Assembly (NCBI GenBank): GCA_049320885.1
Contig: JBMORA010000017.1
Location: forward strand, 64,001-128,000
Length of the DNA stretch: 64,000 nt
Reading direction: 5' to 3'
From: Thermodesulfobacteriota bacterium
GTDB lineage: Bacteria > Desulfobacterota > Desulfobacteria > Desulfobacterales > SURF-7
In this document: positions 46,567 to 59,166 of the stretch, one piece after another
Layout of the letters: each line of letters opens with the position of its first letter
How positions within the stretch are numbered: position 1 is the stretch's first letter
Position numbers and translations under genes: made by a program
Notes under the pieces: model-generated
Told to the model about the DNA's origin: nothing
Databases searched by the model: none
Seen by the model: the letters and a program-made list of their open reading frames with translations, nothing else

Positions 46567-47013
46567 TCAGTCGTTCCCATTGCCGGCATCCCCTTCCGCA
46601 GACGGCTTCATGCCTTTCAAGACCATCAGTTTTTTCTTCCAATGTTCCAGATACGCCACGGCCTTCTCGACGGCCCTGTCCAACTCCCCCAAATCCTCCA
46701 GCGGTTTGAAAACGCAGGTGTCGGCATTGTTCCGCAGGCAGGCCAGGGCGTTTTCCAGGGTGACATACCCGGTGATCATGACCACCCGGGTCATGGGATA
46801 CTCCAAACGGATCCGTCGCAGCAGTTCGATCCCGTCCATCACCGGCATGATGATATCGGAGATCACCACCTGGAAGGGCTTTTCCGCCAGTTTGGCCAGG
46901 GCGGAGATGCCGTTGTCGGCGGTCTCGGCCTCATAGCCTTTCAGGCGGTAATGCCGCGCCAGGGAATTGCGGATTGCCGTCTCATCGTCCACGATCAGAA
47001 TGCGTGCTTTCAT
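46567..47013 (-). CDS. Single-domain response regulator
   Basis: ILIVDDE, SDIIMPVMDG, ITGY, FKP. Confidence 0.92.
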   Translation of the reverse strand: MKARILIVDDETAIRNSLARHYRLKGYEAETADNGISALAKLAEKPFQVVISDIIMPVMDGIELLRRIRLEYPMTRVVMITGYVTLENALACLRNNADTCVFKPLEDLGELDRAVEKAVAYLEHWKKKLMVLKGMKPSAEGDAGNGND

Positions 47014-48254
47014 GGCATGTCCTTTTGGGGATATGGTTGGTGTCGTTCCCGAATTGCCGCCGCCCGGTCCCCGGAGGGAGCTTGTGGCAGTTCGATCCGG
47101 AATTCGAGTCCGCCGTCCGGATGGTTGCGGACGGTGATGGTGCCGCCGTGTTCTTCAATGATATTCCGGGAGATGGAGAGGCCTAGCCCCGTACCTTTGC
47201 CCACCGCCTTGGTGGTGAAAAACGGCTTGAACAGTTTTTCAAAATCTCCGTTCCGGACTCCCGGGCCGTTGTCGCGGACCAGGGCCAAGATTCGCCCCTG
47301 GTCGAGAGCGGTGCCGATATGAAGCTCGCCTGCCCCTGCGGCTGACGACTCCATGGCATCCGCGGCGTTGATGAAGAGATTGACGAACACTTGTTCGATG
47401 CGGTTTTCATCACCCGAAAACGGCGGCAGGTCCTCCGCCAGCCGTGTTTCGACGCGCACCCGGTTTTTCAAACGGTTGGTGCACAGTTTAAGGGCCTGGA
47501 TAATGCAGGTATTGATCAAAACGGCCTGACTTTTCCGGTTTTCCACCCGGGCATAAGTCTTCAGGCCGTCCACGATATCCCGGATCCGGGCCACGCCGTT
47601 TTTCATGTCCTGAAGCATTTCAGGCATCTCCCGGCCTATGAGCCGGGCCTGTTCCATGGCTTTTCCGGACGGCTCTCTCTGGAGGCAGGCGGCGATGCTC
47701 GGCCAGTTTTCCTCGATGGTCTGGATGTTGACGGCGATGAACGCCAGGGGATTGTTGATTTCATGGGCGATGCCGGCGCTTAGAATTCCGATGGTGGTCA
47801 GGCGGTCGGCGTGCATGAGCTGCCTGGCCCGCTCCTCGGCGAGCCGTTCCATATTGGCCGCATAGTCCCGGATCTTTTCTTCCGAACGGATATAGCGGGC
47901 GCCGATTTCGATCCGCACCCGGAGTTCGTCATGGTTATATGGCTTGGTGATGTAGTCGTCGGCTCCCGATTCCAGTCCCTTGATGATGTCCTGGTTATCT
48001 CCCTTGCTGGTCAGCAGAATGATATAAAGCGGCTCGTCTATCCGATGGCGTCTTAGCTTTCGGCAGAGTTCCGGCCCGCTTACACCTGGCATGACCCAGT
48101 CCAGTATCATCAGCCGGGGGGAGTCCGGCTCCTGGGAGACACTCCAGGCCTCGTCGCCGTCCGCGGCGCTGACCACCGTGTAGCCCCATTTGCCCAAAAC
48201 GGCCGCAACCATGACCCGCGAGGTGACATCGTCTTCCGCGACCAAAACCTTCAT
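47010..48254 (-). CDS. Receiver-histidine kinase hybrid
   Basis: N-terminal REC; GIAHEINNPL; GKGTGLGL. Confidence 0.93.
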   Translation of the reverse strand: MKVLVAEDDVTSRVMVAAVLGKWGYTVVSAADGDEAWSVSQEPDSPRLMILDWVMPGVSGPELCRKLRRHRIDEPLYIILLTSKGDNQDIIKGLESGADDYITKPYNHDELRVRIEIGARYIRSEEKIRDYAANMERLAEERARQLMHADRLTTIGILSAGIAHEINNPLAFIAVNIQTIEENWPSIAACLQREPSGKAMEQARLIGREMPEMLQDMKNGVARIRDIVDGLKTYARVENRKSQAVLINTCIIQALKLCTNRLKNRVRVETRLAEDLPPFSGDENRIEQVFVNLFINAADAMESSAAGAGELHIGTALDQGRILALVRDNGPGVRNGDFEKLFKPFFTTKAVGKGTGLGLSISRNIIEEHGGTITVRNHPDGGLEFRIELPQAPSGDRAAAIRERHQPYPQKDMP

Positions 48255-48272
48255 GCGAATCTCCAGATTCCG

Positions 48273-51200
48273 TCAATGGATTTTGTTCAATATCGTTTTC
48301 AACTGCTCGAACCGTTTTTCCAGCTCCGGCATCAGGGCGCGGCAGGTTTCCATGTTCCCGTCGTTTCCCGCCGTCTCCATGGCCCGCGCGGTTTCCTCCA
48401 TGGCCGGTCCGGCGATGTTGGCCGCCGCTCCCTTGATTTTGTGGGCCTGGGCGCTCGCCTGCTCCGGAGTTCCATGCTCGATGCTGGCCCGGAGAGCCTG
48501 AAGCTGCCGGGGCATATCCACCAAAAAGGCGGCGATCACCTTGGCGATGAATTCCCGGTCCCCCAGCAGCCGGGAGGACAGTTTTTCCGGCTCGAAAACC
48601 GTCATGGCCTGCTCCTCCGTTGCATCGGGATGGTGCTGGGGCGTCGCGGATCCGGAACCGGCAGGCCCCATGGAACCTGCCGGGCCACCCGGCGGTGCCG
48701 AAAGCCAGCGGTCGATGGCGGCGGCCAGGAGCTTCGGATCCACCGGTTTGACGATGTAATCGTTCATGCCGGCGGCCAGGCATTGTTCACGATCACCCTT
48801 CATGGCATGGGCGGTCATGGCAATGACCGGCAAGTCCTTGTTGCGTTCACCGGCTGCGCCTGCGCGGATCATTCCGGTGGCGTCATATCCGTCCAGTTCC
48901 GGCATCTGGCAATCCATCAGCACCAGGTGGTAGCGCTCTCGTTTCAGAGCTTCCAGGGCCTTGCTGCCGTTGTCCGCGACGTCGGCCCGGTAGCCCAGTT
49001 TGTTCAGTATTCCCAGGGCCACTGTCTGGCTGGTGGGAGTATCCTCCACCAGCAGAATCCGGATCCGCTGCTTGTTTCTTTCGGAAAGGCTGTGGCGGGT
49101 GATGAGTTCCGGACGACCCGTTACGGTTTCCGCCTGGCTGTCCGCCAGCTTCATGGAAAGGCGCAGGGCGTCGAGCAGTTGATCCTGCCGGACGGGCTTG
49201 GGTAAATAGGCGGAAAAGCCGATGGCCGTAAGTCTGGCGGCATCTCCCCGCTGCCCCATGGAGGTGAGCATGACCAGGATCGTTTCATGGATCCTGCTGT
49301 CGGCCTTGATGCGCCGGCCGAGTTCCTCGCCGTTCATTTCCGGCAGTTGCCTATCGATCAGGGCGATGCGATACGGATCCCCAGCCTCGGCGGCAAGGGC
49401 CAGCCTGGCGAGAGCCTCGGTCGGTCCGCCAGCCTCGTCGCATCTCCCTTTCCAGGTTTCCAAAAGGGTTTTTATCAACAATCGGTTGGTCTGGTGGTCA
49501 TCCACCACTAGTAGGCGCACGTTTTCAATATCGGCGGTATCGGGAATTCGGGTCTGTTCGGCTCCGGCCTGTTTTAGGAAGGAAGCCGTGAAACGGAATT
49601 CCGAACCAGCTCCTTCCCGGCTCTCGACGTGGATTTCACCGCTCATCATTTCCACCAGGGCCCTGGAAATGGAAAGACCCAGGCCGGTTCCACCGTATTT
49701 CCGGGTGGTGGAAGCGTCTGCCTGGGTAAAGGGCGAGAACAGGGTTTCCCGTTTGTCCGCCGGAATGCCGATGCCGGTGTCGGTAACCCGGAAGCGCAGA
49801 ATCGCCTGGTCCACGCTTTCCGATTCCAGATCGACCCGAATGCCTACTTCGCCCTGATGTGTGAATTTCACGGCGTTGCCGGCAAGGTTGAGCAGGATTT
49901 GCCGGAGCCGTCCCGGGTCTCCCCGCAGCAGGGCCGGTACTTCCGGGTCCACGAAAACCGTCAGTTCCAGGCCTTTTTCCCGGGTCTTATAGGCCAGCAT
50001 GGCGGCGATATCCGCCATGCTGGTACGCAGATCGAAGTTCAACATCTCCAGTTCGAGTTTGCCGGCTTCGATCTTGGAAAAATCCAGGATGTCGTTGATC
50101 AGCGTGAGCAGCGCCTCGCCGCTGGTGCGGATCAGCTCCGCGTACTGGCGCTGATCTTCCGTCAGTTCCGTATCGAGCAGCAGACCGGTGATGCCGATGA
50201 CGCCGTTCATGGGGGTGCGGATTTCATGGCTCATGTTGGCCAGGAATTCGCTTTTGGCCGCGTTGGCCATGGCCGCCTGGGCGGCCATTTCCTTGGCGTA
50301 GAGGGTCTGCTCCTCCAAATGCCGGTTGAGGGTTTCGCTCTCTTCCTTGGCCCAACTCAGGGCCGTTTCCGTTTCCTTGCGGACGGTGATATCCGTGTGG
50401 GAGCCGGCCATGCGGTAGGGGATGCCCGACTCATCCCGGATGGCCTTTCCCCGGGCCAGAATCCAACGGAACGAACCATCCTTATGACGCATGCGAAATT
50501 CGATGCTGAACAAGCCGATCTCCCCCCGCAGATACCGATGGACATAGTCCATTACATACGGAAAGTCGTCGGGATGGACATTTTTTTCAAAGGTGCCGAA
50601 CTCATTGGGCAGTTCCCCGTCCTCGTACCCCAGCATTTCCTTCCAGCGGGGGGACAGAAACAAGGTGTTGTCGCGGATGTTCCAATCGAAGATGCCGTCG
50701 TTGCTTCCCTGCACCGCCAGCATGAACTGCTCCCGGCTTGCCGCAAGTTCCTCCTGGGTTTGTTTCAGGTCGGTCACATCCACCATGACGGTGAATACGG
50801 TTGTTTCCCCCTGGATTTCCATCAATTCGCCGTAAAATAGCCCGTCCAGCAACCGTCCGTCCTTGCAAGCCACTTTCAATTCGAATTGGTCGATCCGTCC
50901 TGTTTCCCGAAGCTGCCGGGAAGCATCGAGCTGCTTTTCGATCTGGGGGAAGAGGTTCAATTCCGCGGCGGTTCTGCCGATCACTTCTTCCCTGGTGTAG
51001 CCGAGGGTTTTCAGAAACGCATCGTTGACATCCTTGAATCGGCGTTCCGGCAGACTGTTGAGCGCCATGATGGCCGGGTTATGGCGGAAGAGGCTGTCGA
51101 AGGTCTGCAGGATGGTTTCCAGATGGGATTTGCTTTTTTCCAGATCGGCGGTGCGGTTCTCAACCAGTTGTTCCAGCATTGTCCGGCGATTGACGACCAA

Positions 51201-51392
51201 TCCGATGAGCAGGGAGAAGACCGCGGTCATCAAAAATCCGACCAACAATGCCGTCACTCCGGACCGGACCGCCCAATAGGTCCCTGCGGTCCCGACCGCC
51301 AATAAAAGGCACAGGGCTGCTGTCCAACAGCGGCCGGCTTTTCCGGGGGAAGGAGAGGACGATTCCTGGTGGGTTGTCGGGATAGCTGCCAT
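48273..51392 (-). CDS. Hybrid kinase TM-PAS-PAS-HisKA-HATPase-REC-REC-Hpt
   Basis: [24 protein letters not shown], two REC domains, [11 protein letters not shown]. Confidence 0.94.
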   Translation of the reverse strand: MAAIPTTHQESSSPSPGKAGRCWTAALCLLLAVGTAGTYWAVRSGVTALLVGFLMTAVFSLLIGLVVNRRTMLEQLVENRTADLEKSKSHLETILQTFDSLFRHNPAIMALNSLPERRFKDVNDAFLKTLGYTREEVIGRTAAELNLFPQIEKQLDASRQLRETGRIDQFELKVACKDGRLLDGLFYGELMEIQGETTVFTVMVDVTDLKQTQEELAASREQFMLAVQGSNDGIFDWNIRDNTLFLSPRWKEMLGYEDGELPNEFGTFEKNVHPDDFPYVMDYVHRYLRGEIGLFSIEFRMRHKDGSFRWILARGKAIRDESGIPYRMAGSHTDITVRKETETALSWAKEESETLNRHLEEQTLYAKEMAAQAAMANAAKSEFLANMSHEIRTPMNGVIGITGLLLDTELTEDQRQYAELIRTSGEALLTLINDILDFSKIEAGKLELEMLNFDLRTSMADIAAMLAYKTREKGLELTVFVDPEVPALLRGDPGRLRQILLNLAGNAVKFTHQGEVGIRVDLESESVDQAILRFRVTDTGIGIPADKRETLFSPFTQADASTTRKYGGTGLGLSISRALVEMMSGEIHVESREGAGSEFRFTASFLKQAGAEQTRIPDTADIENVRLLVVDDHQTNRLLIKTLLETWKGRCDEAGGPTEALARLALAAEAGDPYRIALIDRQLPEMNGEELGRRIKADSRIHETILVMLTSMGQRGDAARLTAIGFSAYLPKPVRQDQLLDALRLSMKLADSQAETVTGRPELITRHSLSERNKQRIRILLVEDTPTSQTVALGILNKLGYRADVADNGSKALEALKRERYHLVLMDCQMPELDGYDATGMIRAGAAGERNKDLPVIAMTAHAMKGDREQCLAAGMNDYIVKPVDPKLLAAAIDRWLSAPPGGPAGSMGPAGSGSATPQHHPDATEEQAMTVFEPEKLSSRLLGDREFIAKVIAAFLVDMPRQLQALRASIEHGTPEQASAQAHKIKGAAANIAGPAMEETARAMETAGNDGNMETCRALMPELEKRFEQLKTILNKIH

Positions 51393-51544
51393 GAAAATGA
51401 CCAGATGGATTTTTATTTTTTAGGGCAAAACATAGGAATTTGGTGGAGCGCTTTTCCGGTCTTCGGGAAATCGAAGAGAATACTACAGCTATATATAACA
51501 AATTCAAACGCTCTTATCAAATTCATTCTGAGATCCATTCCCCA

Positions 51545-54160
51545 TTACCCAGTGCAGTTCAGTGCCTTTTCCACGGCCTCGCCCAATTCCCTGGCTTCGT
51601 GGGGTTTCAGCAGCAGACCATCCGCACCGATTTCCCGCATGGCGGCCGGGTCGATTTTTTCACTGAATCCCGTGCACAGAATGGTTTTGATGTTCGGATT
51701 GATCTCGCGCAAGGCCCGGATAACCAGTTTGCCGCTCATTTCCGGCATGGACAAATCCGTGATGACCACATCGAAGGCATCGGGTGTCTGCCGAACGAGG
51801 GCGACGAGTTCCTTTGGATCGGTGCGGGCCTCCACCTGATACCCCAGACGTTCCAGCCGGAGCTTGCCGATTTTGGCGATGGCCTCCTCGTCATCCAGAT
51901 AGGCGATCCGCTTGCATCCGGGAGACGCGGCGGTCTGGACCGGTTGGGCTGCTTCCGTTTGCTTGCCGCCGGAGGGGAAATAGCATTCCACCGTTGTTCC
52001 TTTTCCCGGATTGCTGATGATCCGGACGCCGCCGGCATGGGATTTCATGATCCCCCGCACCACCGCCAGTCCCATACCGGAACTCTTGCCGAACCCCTTG
52101 GTGGTGAAAAACGGATCGAAAATCCGGTCAATATGCTGGGGCTGGATTCCGCTGCCGGTGTCGGCCACCTCCAGGCAGACATAAGACCCTTTGTCAAGCT
52201 CGCAATCCAGCCATTTCACGGGAGCTGCCAATAGTCTGTTCTCCGCTTTGACCGTCAGCCTGCCGCCGCAATCGGCCATGGCATGCTGCGCGTTGGCGCA
52301 CAGATTCAGCACCACTTGGGCGACCTGGATCGGATCGCAAACGATCATATCGCAGGGCAGGCTGGTCTCCATATCCAGGCGGATGGCGGAAGGCAGGGAA
52401 GATTTGACGGTGGCGGCCGTTTCCTGGATCAAGGCGCGCAGATCGATGCGTCGCTTTGCTTGCTCGGTTCCATGGGTAAACGTCATGAGCTGCCGGACGA
52501 TATTCCGGCCCCGCTGGCTCGCGTCGAAAATTTCCTTCAGGTGGTCCCGTTCCTGGGGGTGGTACTGGGCCCCTTCCATGGCCAGTTCGGCATTGCCCAT
52601 GATGATGCTCAGCAGATTATTGAATTCATGAGCGATTCCGGCGGTCATGGTGGCGATGGCCTCCATTTTCTGGGTGTGCCGGCGCTGATCTTCCATGGCT
52701 TTCCGTTCGGTGGTGATCTGGAAAAAGACCGAAATGCCGCTTGGGCTGGGGTAGATCCGCACATCGTACCAGTCGGTGTAAGGCTCGACGGTAAAGAAGG
52801 TTTCGAAGGTCAGCGGCTTTTTTTCCCGGAGGGCCAGGGCGTATTGATCCTCGAAAATCGTTCCTTTGGCTTCGGGAAAGGCGTCAAATATGTGCTTGCC
52901 CAGAACATCCTGGCGTTTGCGGCCCAGCAGGTTGCCGGCGGCATTGTTGAAATAAGTGATGGTCAGATCTTCGTCCAGGGCGAAGAACCCGTCGCTGATG
53001 CTTTCGAGGATAGTGGTAAGATGCTCCTCGCTGTCCCGGAGGAACGCCAGGGCCTGATCCCGGGCCTCCAGGAGGCGGCTGTTCCGCAGGGAAATGGCAG
53101 CAAATTCCCCGAAGGCGCCGGCCATTTCGGCATCCTTGGGGGTGAAGCCGCCCGGCTTGTTGGACAGTCCGATCAGGCCCACGGTTTTTCCATCCAGGAT
53201 CAGCGGGGCGAACATCACGTTGTCCAGGGTGACATGGCCTTCGGGCATGAACTGGATCCACTCGCTGGTCATGAAGCGATTGTCATAAACCACCCGGCCG
53301 GTTTTGTAGGATTCGGCCCGCAGTCCCCGGATGGGCATGGGCAGTTCGGGATTCACCTTGCAGGGACGGCCGCCGGCTTCCAGGAACAGCAATTCGTTTT
53401 CGGCGCCGTCGGGACTCAGCAGGGCCACATATCCGGCGGTTGCGCCGATGAGTTCCCTGGCGGCGTCGAAAATGCACCGGGCCGCCTTCTTGAAGTCACG
53501 GTATTCCAGAATCGCCCGGGAGCAGGCCAGCAACGCCTCTGTCTCCCGGGCCTTGCAGGTGGATTCATCAAGGGAGACCTGCAGGCGTTTCTCCACCTCT
53601 TTCAGTTCAGAGATATCGTGAACGATCATCAGCATCTGATTCGCGAACTGGTCCCACAGGATTTCCCCCGGACCGAGGAAACGCCCCTCCAGGCGGACGT
53701 AAAAATTCCGGCTGTTGCCGGCCGTTAAGCGCACCTCCATGGTCCGGTCGCCGGTTTTTTTCAGGAAGCTTTTGAAACGGGAAAAGAAGAGGGCTTTATC
53801 TTCCGGGACGACGAATTGGGAAAAGGGTTTCTGGAGAAGATCGGAGCGTTCTTTTTCCAGCATTTCGGTCAAGGTCCGGTTGGCGTCGGCGATCATGCCG
53901 GTCTGGTCCAGGATGCAGTAGCCCACCGGTGCCCGGTGATAGAGCAGGGCCAGCCGATCCCGGGACTTTTCCAGTTCCTTCTGGGCGTTTCGCAGCTCCT
54001 CGTTCTGGATTTCCAGTTCCACCTGGTAGACATGGATCTCGTCGATGAACTTGCCGATATCCTGTTTTGGAATGCTCTCGACGTCGGGAAAACGTTCCCT
54101 GAGCAGGAACTCGGCATTTTGCCGCAATGCGGCGAATTTGTCTTCGCGTATTTCTTTCAT
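51545..54160 (-). CDS. PAS-GAF-PAS hybrid histidine kinase with receiver
   Basis: HVYQVELEIQNEELR coil, PAS, GAF, GIAHEFNN, GMGL, REC. Confidence 0.93.
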   Translation of the reverse strand: MKEIREDKFAALRQNAEFLLRERFPDVESIPKQDIGKFIDEIHVYQVELEIQNEELRNAQKELEKSRDRLALLYHRAPVGYCILDQTGMIADANRTLTEMLEKERSDLLQKPFSQFVVPEDKALFFSRFKSFLKKTGDRTMEVRLTAGNSRNFYVRLEGRFLGPGEILWDQFANQMLMIVHDISELKEVEKRLQVSLDESTCKARETEALLACSRAILEYRDFKKAARCIFDAARELIGATAGYVALLSPDGAENELLFLEAGGRPCKVNPELPMPIRGLRAESYKTGRVVYDNRFMTSEWIQFMPEGHVTLDNVMFAPLILDGKTVGLIGLSNKPGGFTPKDAEMAGAFGEFAAISLRNSRLLEARDQALAFLRDSEEHLTTILESISDGFFALDEDLTITYFNNAAGNLLGRKRQDVLGKHIFDAFPEAKGTIFEDQYALALREKKPLTFETFFTVEPYTDWYDVRIYPSPSGISVFFQITTERKAMEDQRRHTQKMEAIATMTAGIAHEFNNLLSIIMGNAELAMEGAQYHPQERDHLKEIFDASQRGRNIVRQLMTFTHGTEQAKRRIDLRALIQETAATVKSSLPSAIRLDMETSLPCDMIVCDPIQVAQVVLNLCANAQHAMADCGGRLTVKAENRLLAAPVKWLDCELDKGSYVCLEVADTGSGIQPQHIDRIFDPFFTTKGFGKSSGMGLAVVRGIMKSHAGGVRIISNPGKGTTVECYFPSGGKQTEAAQPVQTAASPGCKRIAYLDDEEAIAKIGKLRLERLGYQVEARTDPKELVALVRQTPDAFDVVITDLSMPEMSGKLVIRALREINPNIKTILCTGFSEKIDPAAMREIGADGLLLKPHEARELGEAVEKALNCTG

Positions 54161-54278
54161 GGATAACTGCTCCTTTTACACTGGACAATGCCCTTGCGGG
54201 CACACTACGAGCGGATCCTCCTCGATCGCTTTTCGGAGCCTGGGGCCGGTTTGTAGCTCCGCCATGAGGTGTTTTCCA

Positions 54279-57200
54279 TTACCTCTTTTCCCCCATGATC
54301 GCCCCAATCATTCGCGCCACACGATGAAGCCGCTGCTTGGCGTATTCAATGATGAACGGCGGCCGTGACTCGTAGGTTTCGGCCTCCTTGCGAAGCAGTT
54401 CGGGGTCGACCCGGTATCTTCCTGCAATCTCCTTAAGCACAGCCCCGTCCTTGGGCGGATCGCCGTAGCCGAAATTGATGGCGCCGACGATCTCCTCCCC
54501 GCACCGGACGGGAACCGCGTATAGCCGCAGGCCGCCGTTACAGGGGACATCCACGGCTTCGCCGGCTTGGATGGCGGCCAGAGAGGCTTCCCGCCAGCAG
54601 GATTCATGGCAGAGCCATTTGCCGCAGGAAAGGGCCTCCCGGTTGTCATCCGTGTCGCACAGCTCCCGGGAAGCCAGATCCAGGGTCCGGCACCAGCCGG
54701 AAGAGAACAGTCCCATGGCGTAATCCCCGTTTTTTTCGTAAATGGCTCCCGAGGTCTCCAGTAATCCAAGATAATCGGCGGCCAAGTCCCGGAGCAACCC
54801 GGCGCCCATCGTGTCCAGGATGCGCCGGGACAGGTTCAATGCGGTCAGGTCACCGTATGGCTGTCCCGGGTCGGCCGTCGACTTTCGCGAGGTTTTGGGT
54901 GTCATGAGCCATTCGATGCGGCGCAGGGCTTCCGTGTTCTTCCGTTTGGTCGTGATGTCGTCAAAAATGGTGGCGAAGTGATTCGCAGACGGGCGGTAGG
55001 CCGAAACCGAATACCAGCGGTCGAGGGCTTCGGCATAGCTTTCGAATTGAATGGGCTCGCCAGTCTGGACCACCTTGCCGTATCGGCCGATCCAGTCGAA
55101 GTCGGATTCCCGGATATCGGGAATCACCTCCGTGACTTTTTTCCCGATGATGGCTTTCCGTGATAAGCCGGTCATTTTTTCGAAAGCGTCATTGGCTTCC
55201 AGGAACACATAGTCGATGGGCCTGCCGGCTTCGTCCCAGACGATTTCGTGGAGGGCGAACCCGTTCATCATCCGGTCGAACAGCTCGCGGTAGCGTGCTT
55301 CGCTGCTCTCGGCCCGGCGGGCAATCCGGATCTTTTCGGTTATGTCCTCGATCACCGCCACCATGCCGTCAAAGGTGCCGGTTTCGTCAAAAAGCGGCGA
55401 GGCGTTGATGGTCAGCAGGAGGCGATTGCCAGCGGAGTCCTCCACGGCGTGGCGGATGTTGAACACCGGCTTGCAGGTGCGGCGCACGATTTCAAAGGGC
55501 AGCTGTTCGTCCGGTAAAGAATTGCCGTCGTAATCGGTGATCTTCCATGCCGGGGCGTTGAACGCCCGGCCGTGCAATTCCTCCTTCTGAAGGTTGAACA
55601 GGTTGCGGGCCGGGGCATTGGCGAAAATGATGCTGCCGGATTTGTCCACCATGGTAATGGCGACCGGGCTGGTGTTCATGACGCGGTCCATCAGGTCCCG
55701 CTCCTGGCGAAGGGTATGGGCCGTCTGGTGCAACTGGGCTTCGCTGGCGTTCAGGGCCTTCTGGGCCGCCTTCAGGCGGGTGATTTCGATAAAGGTCACC
55801 ACCACCCCGGAAAAGGCGCTGGGGCCAATCTTGTAGGGCAGCACCCGCATCAGATACCAGTTGCCGTCCTCGGTGCACACTTCCTGATCCAGACGCCGTC
55901 CGGTTTCGTGGACTTCCTCGAAGATTTCGAAGGGGTCGATGTCCGCCAGGCGGTGATTCAGGTGGCTGATGGGCCGGCCCACATCCCCTTCCCGGATTTT
56001 ATAGACGTCCTGAATTTTGAGAGTGAACTTGCGGATTTCCAGGTCCTCGTCCAGGAACAGGGTGCCGATGTCGGTGCTGGTGAGGAGGTTGTCCATGTCG
56101 TTATTGAGCTCGGTGAGTTCGACGATCTTGCTCTGGTATTCGGCGTTGACGGTATAAAGCTCCTCGTTAACCGACTGGAGTTCCTCGTTGGTGCTCTGCA
56201 GCTCTTCGTTGCTGGCCAGCAATTCTTCGTTGGTGGCCTGGAGTTCTTCGTTGGAGGTTTCCAGCTCCTCAATGGTGGCCTGGAGGTTTTCCTTGGTGAA
56301 CTGGAGTTCGTGTTCCAGGTCGAGGATGCGCTGGGCCGTCTCCTTGCCCACGTCAAAGGTGCGGGAGTCAGCGATGGGCTCCCTGTCCCGCCGGATCATT
56401 TCCTCGAGCAGGACGGCGACAAGAGGTTCTTGACCTTTTTTCAACGGCAGGGCGCGGATGCGCATGCCGATCTTTTTTTCCGATCCGTTCCGTTTGATCC
56501 GGATATTGGTGTACTGGATTTCCTCGCCGGTTTTAAAGACTTTCTGGATTCCCGTTGCAAGGGGAATGGCCAAATCCTTGACGGCCATCTTGGAGATGTC
56601 GTTGTCCATCTTGCCTTCCGGCACCTTGAAATATCCTTCGGTGCTTCCGGCCACATAAAGGATTTCCAGCGTTTCATTGACCAGCACCACCAGGGGGATG
56701 TAATCCTTTGAAAGGGCCTGGATGAGCCGGTCCAGTGCTCTTTCCTCTTCATAGGATTTCAACATTCGGCCTCCGACCCGGCGATATTCCCGGGCCGGTT
56801 TTTCGAGGATGCGCGGCAGGGTCACCAGCGCATCGCCGGTATCCTTGGGTTTCCGCCTGCCCCGGGACTGGTAGATTTTCCATTTGTGATGGAGAGGGTC
56901 GAAATAATCCGCCATGTCGCCGGTGGTTTCGGAGGTTCCAAGAAACAGGAGACCCTGGGGGGTAAGGGAGAAATTAAACAATTCGAGGGCCTTTTTCTGC
57001 AGCACGGGCTGGAGATAGATGAGCAGGTTGCGGCAGCTGAGCAGATCGATGTTGGTGAAGGGCGGATCCTTAATGATGTTATGCCGGGCGAAGACCACCA
57101 TCTCGCGGATGTTGCGGTTGATCTGAAAATTGTCGGATTTGCGGTAAAAATATTTGGCCAGGAGCGCCGGGGAGAGGTCGCCGGCGATGCTTTCCGGGTA

Positions 57201-58313
57201 TTCGCCGGTGCTGGCCCGCTGGATGGCGTCCCGGTCGATGTCCGTGGCGAAGATCTTGACATCCGCTGATTTCCCCAATTTTTCCATGCATTCCCGGCTT
57301 AGGATGGCCAGGGTGTAAGCCTCCTCGCCGGTGGAGCAACCGGCGGTCCAGAAACGGATTTCCCGGTCGACTTCCCGTTTGATCAACTGGGGCAGCCATT
57401 TGGTTTCCAGTTCGGCGAAGGCCTCGGGGTCCCGGAAAAAACTGGTCACGCCGATGAGCAATTCGCGGTACAGGGCCGCCACCTCGCCGGGAAAGCTCTC
57501 CAGGTATTTGACATAGTCTGAAAGCACCAGAATCTGGTTCACCGTCATCCGGCGTTCGATTCGCCGCACCACCGTGCTGGGTTTGTAATAGGTGAAATCC
57601 ACCTTGCTCTTTTCCCTGAGCAGGGCGAAGATGCGGGTCAGGCTGTCCTCGTCGGTGAGCAGGGTGTCGGAGCGTTCGGTCCGGGACACGTATGGGTGGC
57701 GGATATAGGACTGAATCTGGGCCGGCATTTTTTCCGGTGGCAGGATGAAATCCGCGAGGCCTGTGGATATGGCGCTGCGGGGCATGCCGTCGAATTTGGC
57801 TGATTCCTCGTTCTGGACCATGACCATGCCGCCGTTTTCCTTGATGGCCCGGATGCCCCGCATGCCGTCGCTGCCGGTGCCGGAGAGGATGATGGCGATG
57901 GCCTTGGGTCCCTGGTCCTCGGCCAGGGAGCGCAGAAAAATGTCGATGGGCAGGTTGAGGCCCTTTGAATGATCCTGGTCCTTCAGCAGGAGTTTGCCGT
58001 GGAAAATGGTAAGGTTTTTCTTGGGCGGGATCAGGTATACGGAATCCGGAGCCACGGCCATGCCGTCCTCGGCCCGGTGGACCGGCATTTCCGTTTTTTT
58101 GGACAGCAGCTCCACCATCAGGCTTTTGTAATCCGGCGATAAATGCTGGACCACGATAAAAGCCAGGCCGCTTTTATAGTGTACATTCTTGATAAAGGTT
58201 TCAATGGCTTCCAACCCACCGGCGGAAGCGCCGATGCCCACATAATAGAGCGGCAGCGGATCGGGATTCTGGGTGGTTGGATACTCCGGTTCCGAATGGA
58301 TGTCATCCTTCAT
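54279..58313 (-). CDS. CheB-CheR fusion with coiled coil, PAS domains and C-terminal PocR-like domain
   Basis: [19 protein letters not shown] (CheB triad); [30 protein letters not shown] (CheR); NEELQ heptads; GAGG RBS before ATG 58313. Confidence 0.93.
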   Translation of the reverse strand: MKDDIHSEPEYPTTQNPDPLPLYYVGIGASAGGLEAIETFIKNVHYKSGLAFIVVQHLSPDYKSLMVELLSKKTEMPVHRAEDGMAVAPDSVYLIPPKKNLTIFHGKLLLKDQDHSKGLNLPIDIFLRSLAEDQGPKAIAIILSGTGSDGMRGIRAIKENGGMVMVQNEESAKFDGMPRSAISTGLADFILPPEKMPAQIQSYIRHPYVSRTERSDTLLTDEDSLTRIFALLREKSKVDFTYYKPSTVVRRIERRMTVNQILVLSDYVKYLESFPGEVAALYRELLIGVTSFFRDPEAFAELETKWLPQLIKREVDREIRFWTAGCSTGEEAYTLAILSRECMEKLGKSADVKIFATDIDRDAIQRASTGEYPESIAGDLSPALLAKYFYRKSDNFQINRNIREMVVFARHNIIKDPPFTNIDLLSCRNLLIYLQPVLQKKALELFNFSLTPQGLLFLGTSETTGDMADYFDPLHHKWKIYQSRGRRKPKDTGDALVTLPRILEKPAREYRRVGGRMLKSYEEERALDRLIQALSKDYIPLVVLVNETLEILYVAGSTEGYFKVPEGKMDNDISKMAVKDLAIPLATGIQKVFKTGEEIQYTNIRIKRNGSEKKIGMRIRALPLKKGQEPLVAVLLEEMIRRDREPIADSRTFDVGKETAQRILDLEHELQFTKENLQATIEELETSNEELQATNEELLASNEELQSTNEELQSVNEELYTVNAEYQSKIVELTELNNDMDNLLTSTDIGTLFLDEDLEIRKFTLKIQDVYKIREGDVGRPISHLNHRLADIDPFEIFEEVHETGRRLDQEVCTEDGNWYLMRVLPYKIGPSAFSGVVVTFIEITRLKAAQKALNASEAQLHQTAHTLRQERDLMDRVMNTSPVAITMVDKSGSIIFANAPARNLFNLQKEELHGRAFNAPAWKITDYDGNSLPDEQLPFEIVRRTCKPVFNIRHAVEDSAGNRLLLTINASPLFDETGTFDGMVAVIEDITEKIRIARRAESSEARYRELFDRMMNGFALHEIVWDEAGRPIDYVFLEANDAFEKMTGLSRKAIIGKKVTEVIPDIRESDFDWIGRYGKVVQTGEPIQFESYAEALDRWYSVSAYRPSANHFATIFDDITTKRKNTEALRRIEWLMTPKTSRKSTADPGQPYGDLTALNLSRRILDTMGAGLLRDLAADYLGLLETSGAIYEKNGDYAMGLFSSGWCRTLDLASRELCDTDDNREALSCGKWLCHESCWREASLAAIQAGEAVDVPCNGGLRLYAVPVRCGEEIVGAINFGYGDPPKDGAVLKEIAGRYRVDPELLRKEAETYESRPPFIIEYAKQRLHRVARMIGAIMGEKR

Positions 58314-58485
58314 GGACAACCTCGTGACGGCGGCAGAGATGCACTGCGGCCTGATGACGTTATCGGTGGGTGGCGGCGTCGGTTAACCCGCCACATTCGA
58401 AATAAAAATCCCCTCTATGATAATAATGGATCGGAGGAAAGATGAATATCGGTGGATGTGCCTAATTTGGAATAGGTAAAACTAC

Positions 58486-59166
58486 TCACACCACGGTGTA
58501 CCCTTTGACAATCGCATACCGCACCAGATCCGCCGTGCGCTTCACGTTCAGCTTGCTCATCAAATTGGCCCGGTGATTCTGGACCGTGCGGAGGCTGATG
58601 TGAAGGAGTTCCCCGATTTCCCGACTGGATTTGCCTTCGGCGATCAGCTTCAGGATTTCCCGCTCCCGGGTGGTCAGGGGGTCCGGATCCGGATGGGGCT
58701 TGCCCCGATACAACTGGAGTAGATCGTCGGTCAGGTCCTTGAACAGGATCGGCGAGATGTATTTTTCGCCTTTTCGGATGGTCCGGATGGCGGACAGCAA
58801 TTCGGTGTCCGCGTCTTCTTTGAGCAGATACCCTTCCACGCCGGCCGATATGGCGTTCCGGAAATAGGCCATGTCCCGATGCATGGTAAGGAGCAGAATC
58901 CGGATGTGGGGATGCAGCGCTTTGATTTCCCTTGCGGCCTCTAATCCCCGGAGATGGGGCATGGCGATGTCCAGGATGATCAGGTCCGGCCGGGCGTGAT
59001 TCAGTATTTTAAGGAGCTGGAGACCGTCCCCGGCCTCGCCGATGATCGAGAGATCCGGATATTCCGATATGATCCGGTGGACGCCTTGACGGAACAGGAC
59101 ATGATCGTCAGCCAAGATGATGGTATATGGATTCTCCGATGAGTGCCTGTTGGTTTGAATTGTCAT
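58486..59166 (-). CDS. NarL/LuxR-family response regulator
   Basis: LADDH, DIAMP, LTTREREILKLIAEG...TVQNHRANLM. Confidence 0.95.
   Translation of the reverse strand: MTIQTNRHSSENPYTIILADDHVLFRQGVHRIISEYPDLSIIGEAGDGLQLLKILNHARPDLIILDIAMPHLRGLEAAREIKALHPHIRILLLTMHRDMAYFRNAISAGVEGYLLKEDADTELLSAIRTIRKGEKYISPILFKDLTDDLLQLYRGKPHPDPDPLTTREREILKLIAEGKSSREIGELLHISLRTVQNHRANLMSKLNVKRTADLVRYAIVKGYTVV

Noticed and set aside
56140..56300. 21-nt periodic repeat
   Set aside because: Encodes the NEELQ heptad coiled coil typical of CheB-CheR fusions; not CRISPR or a mobile repeat.
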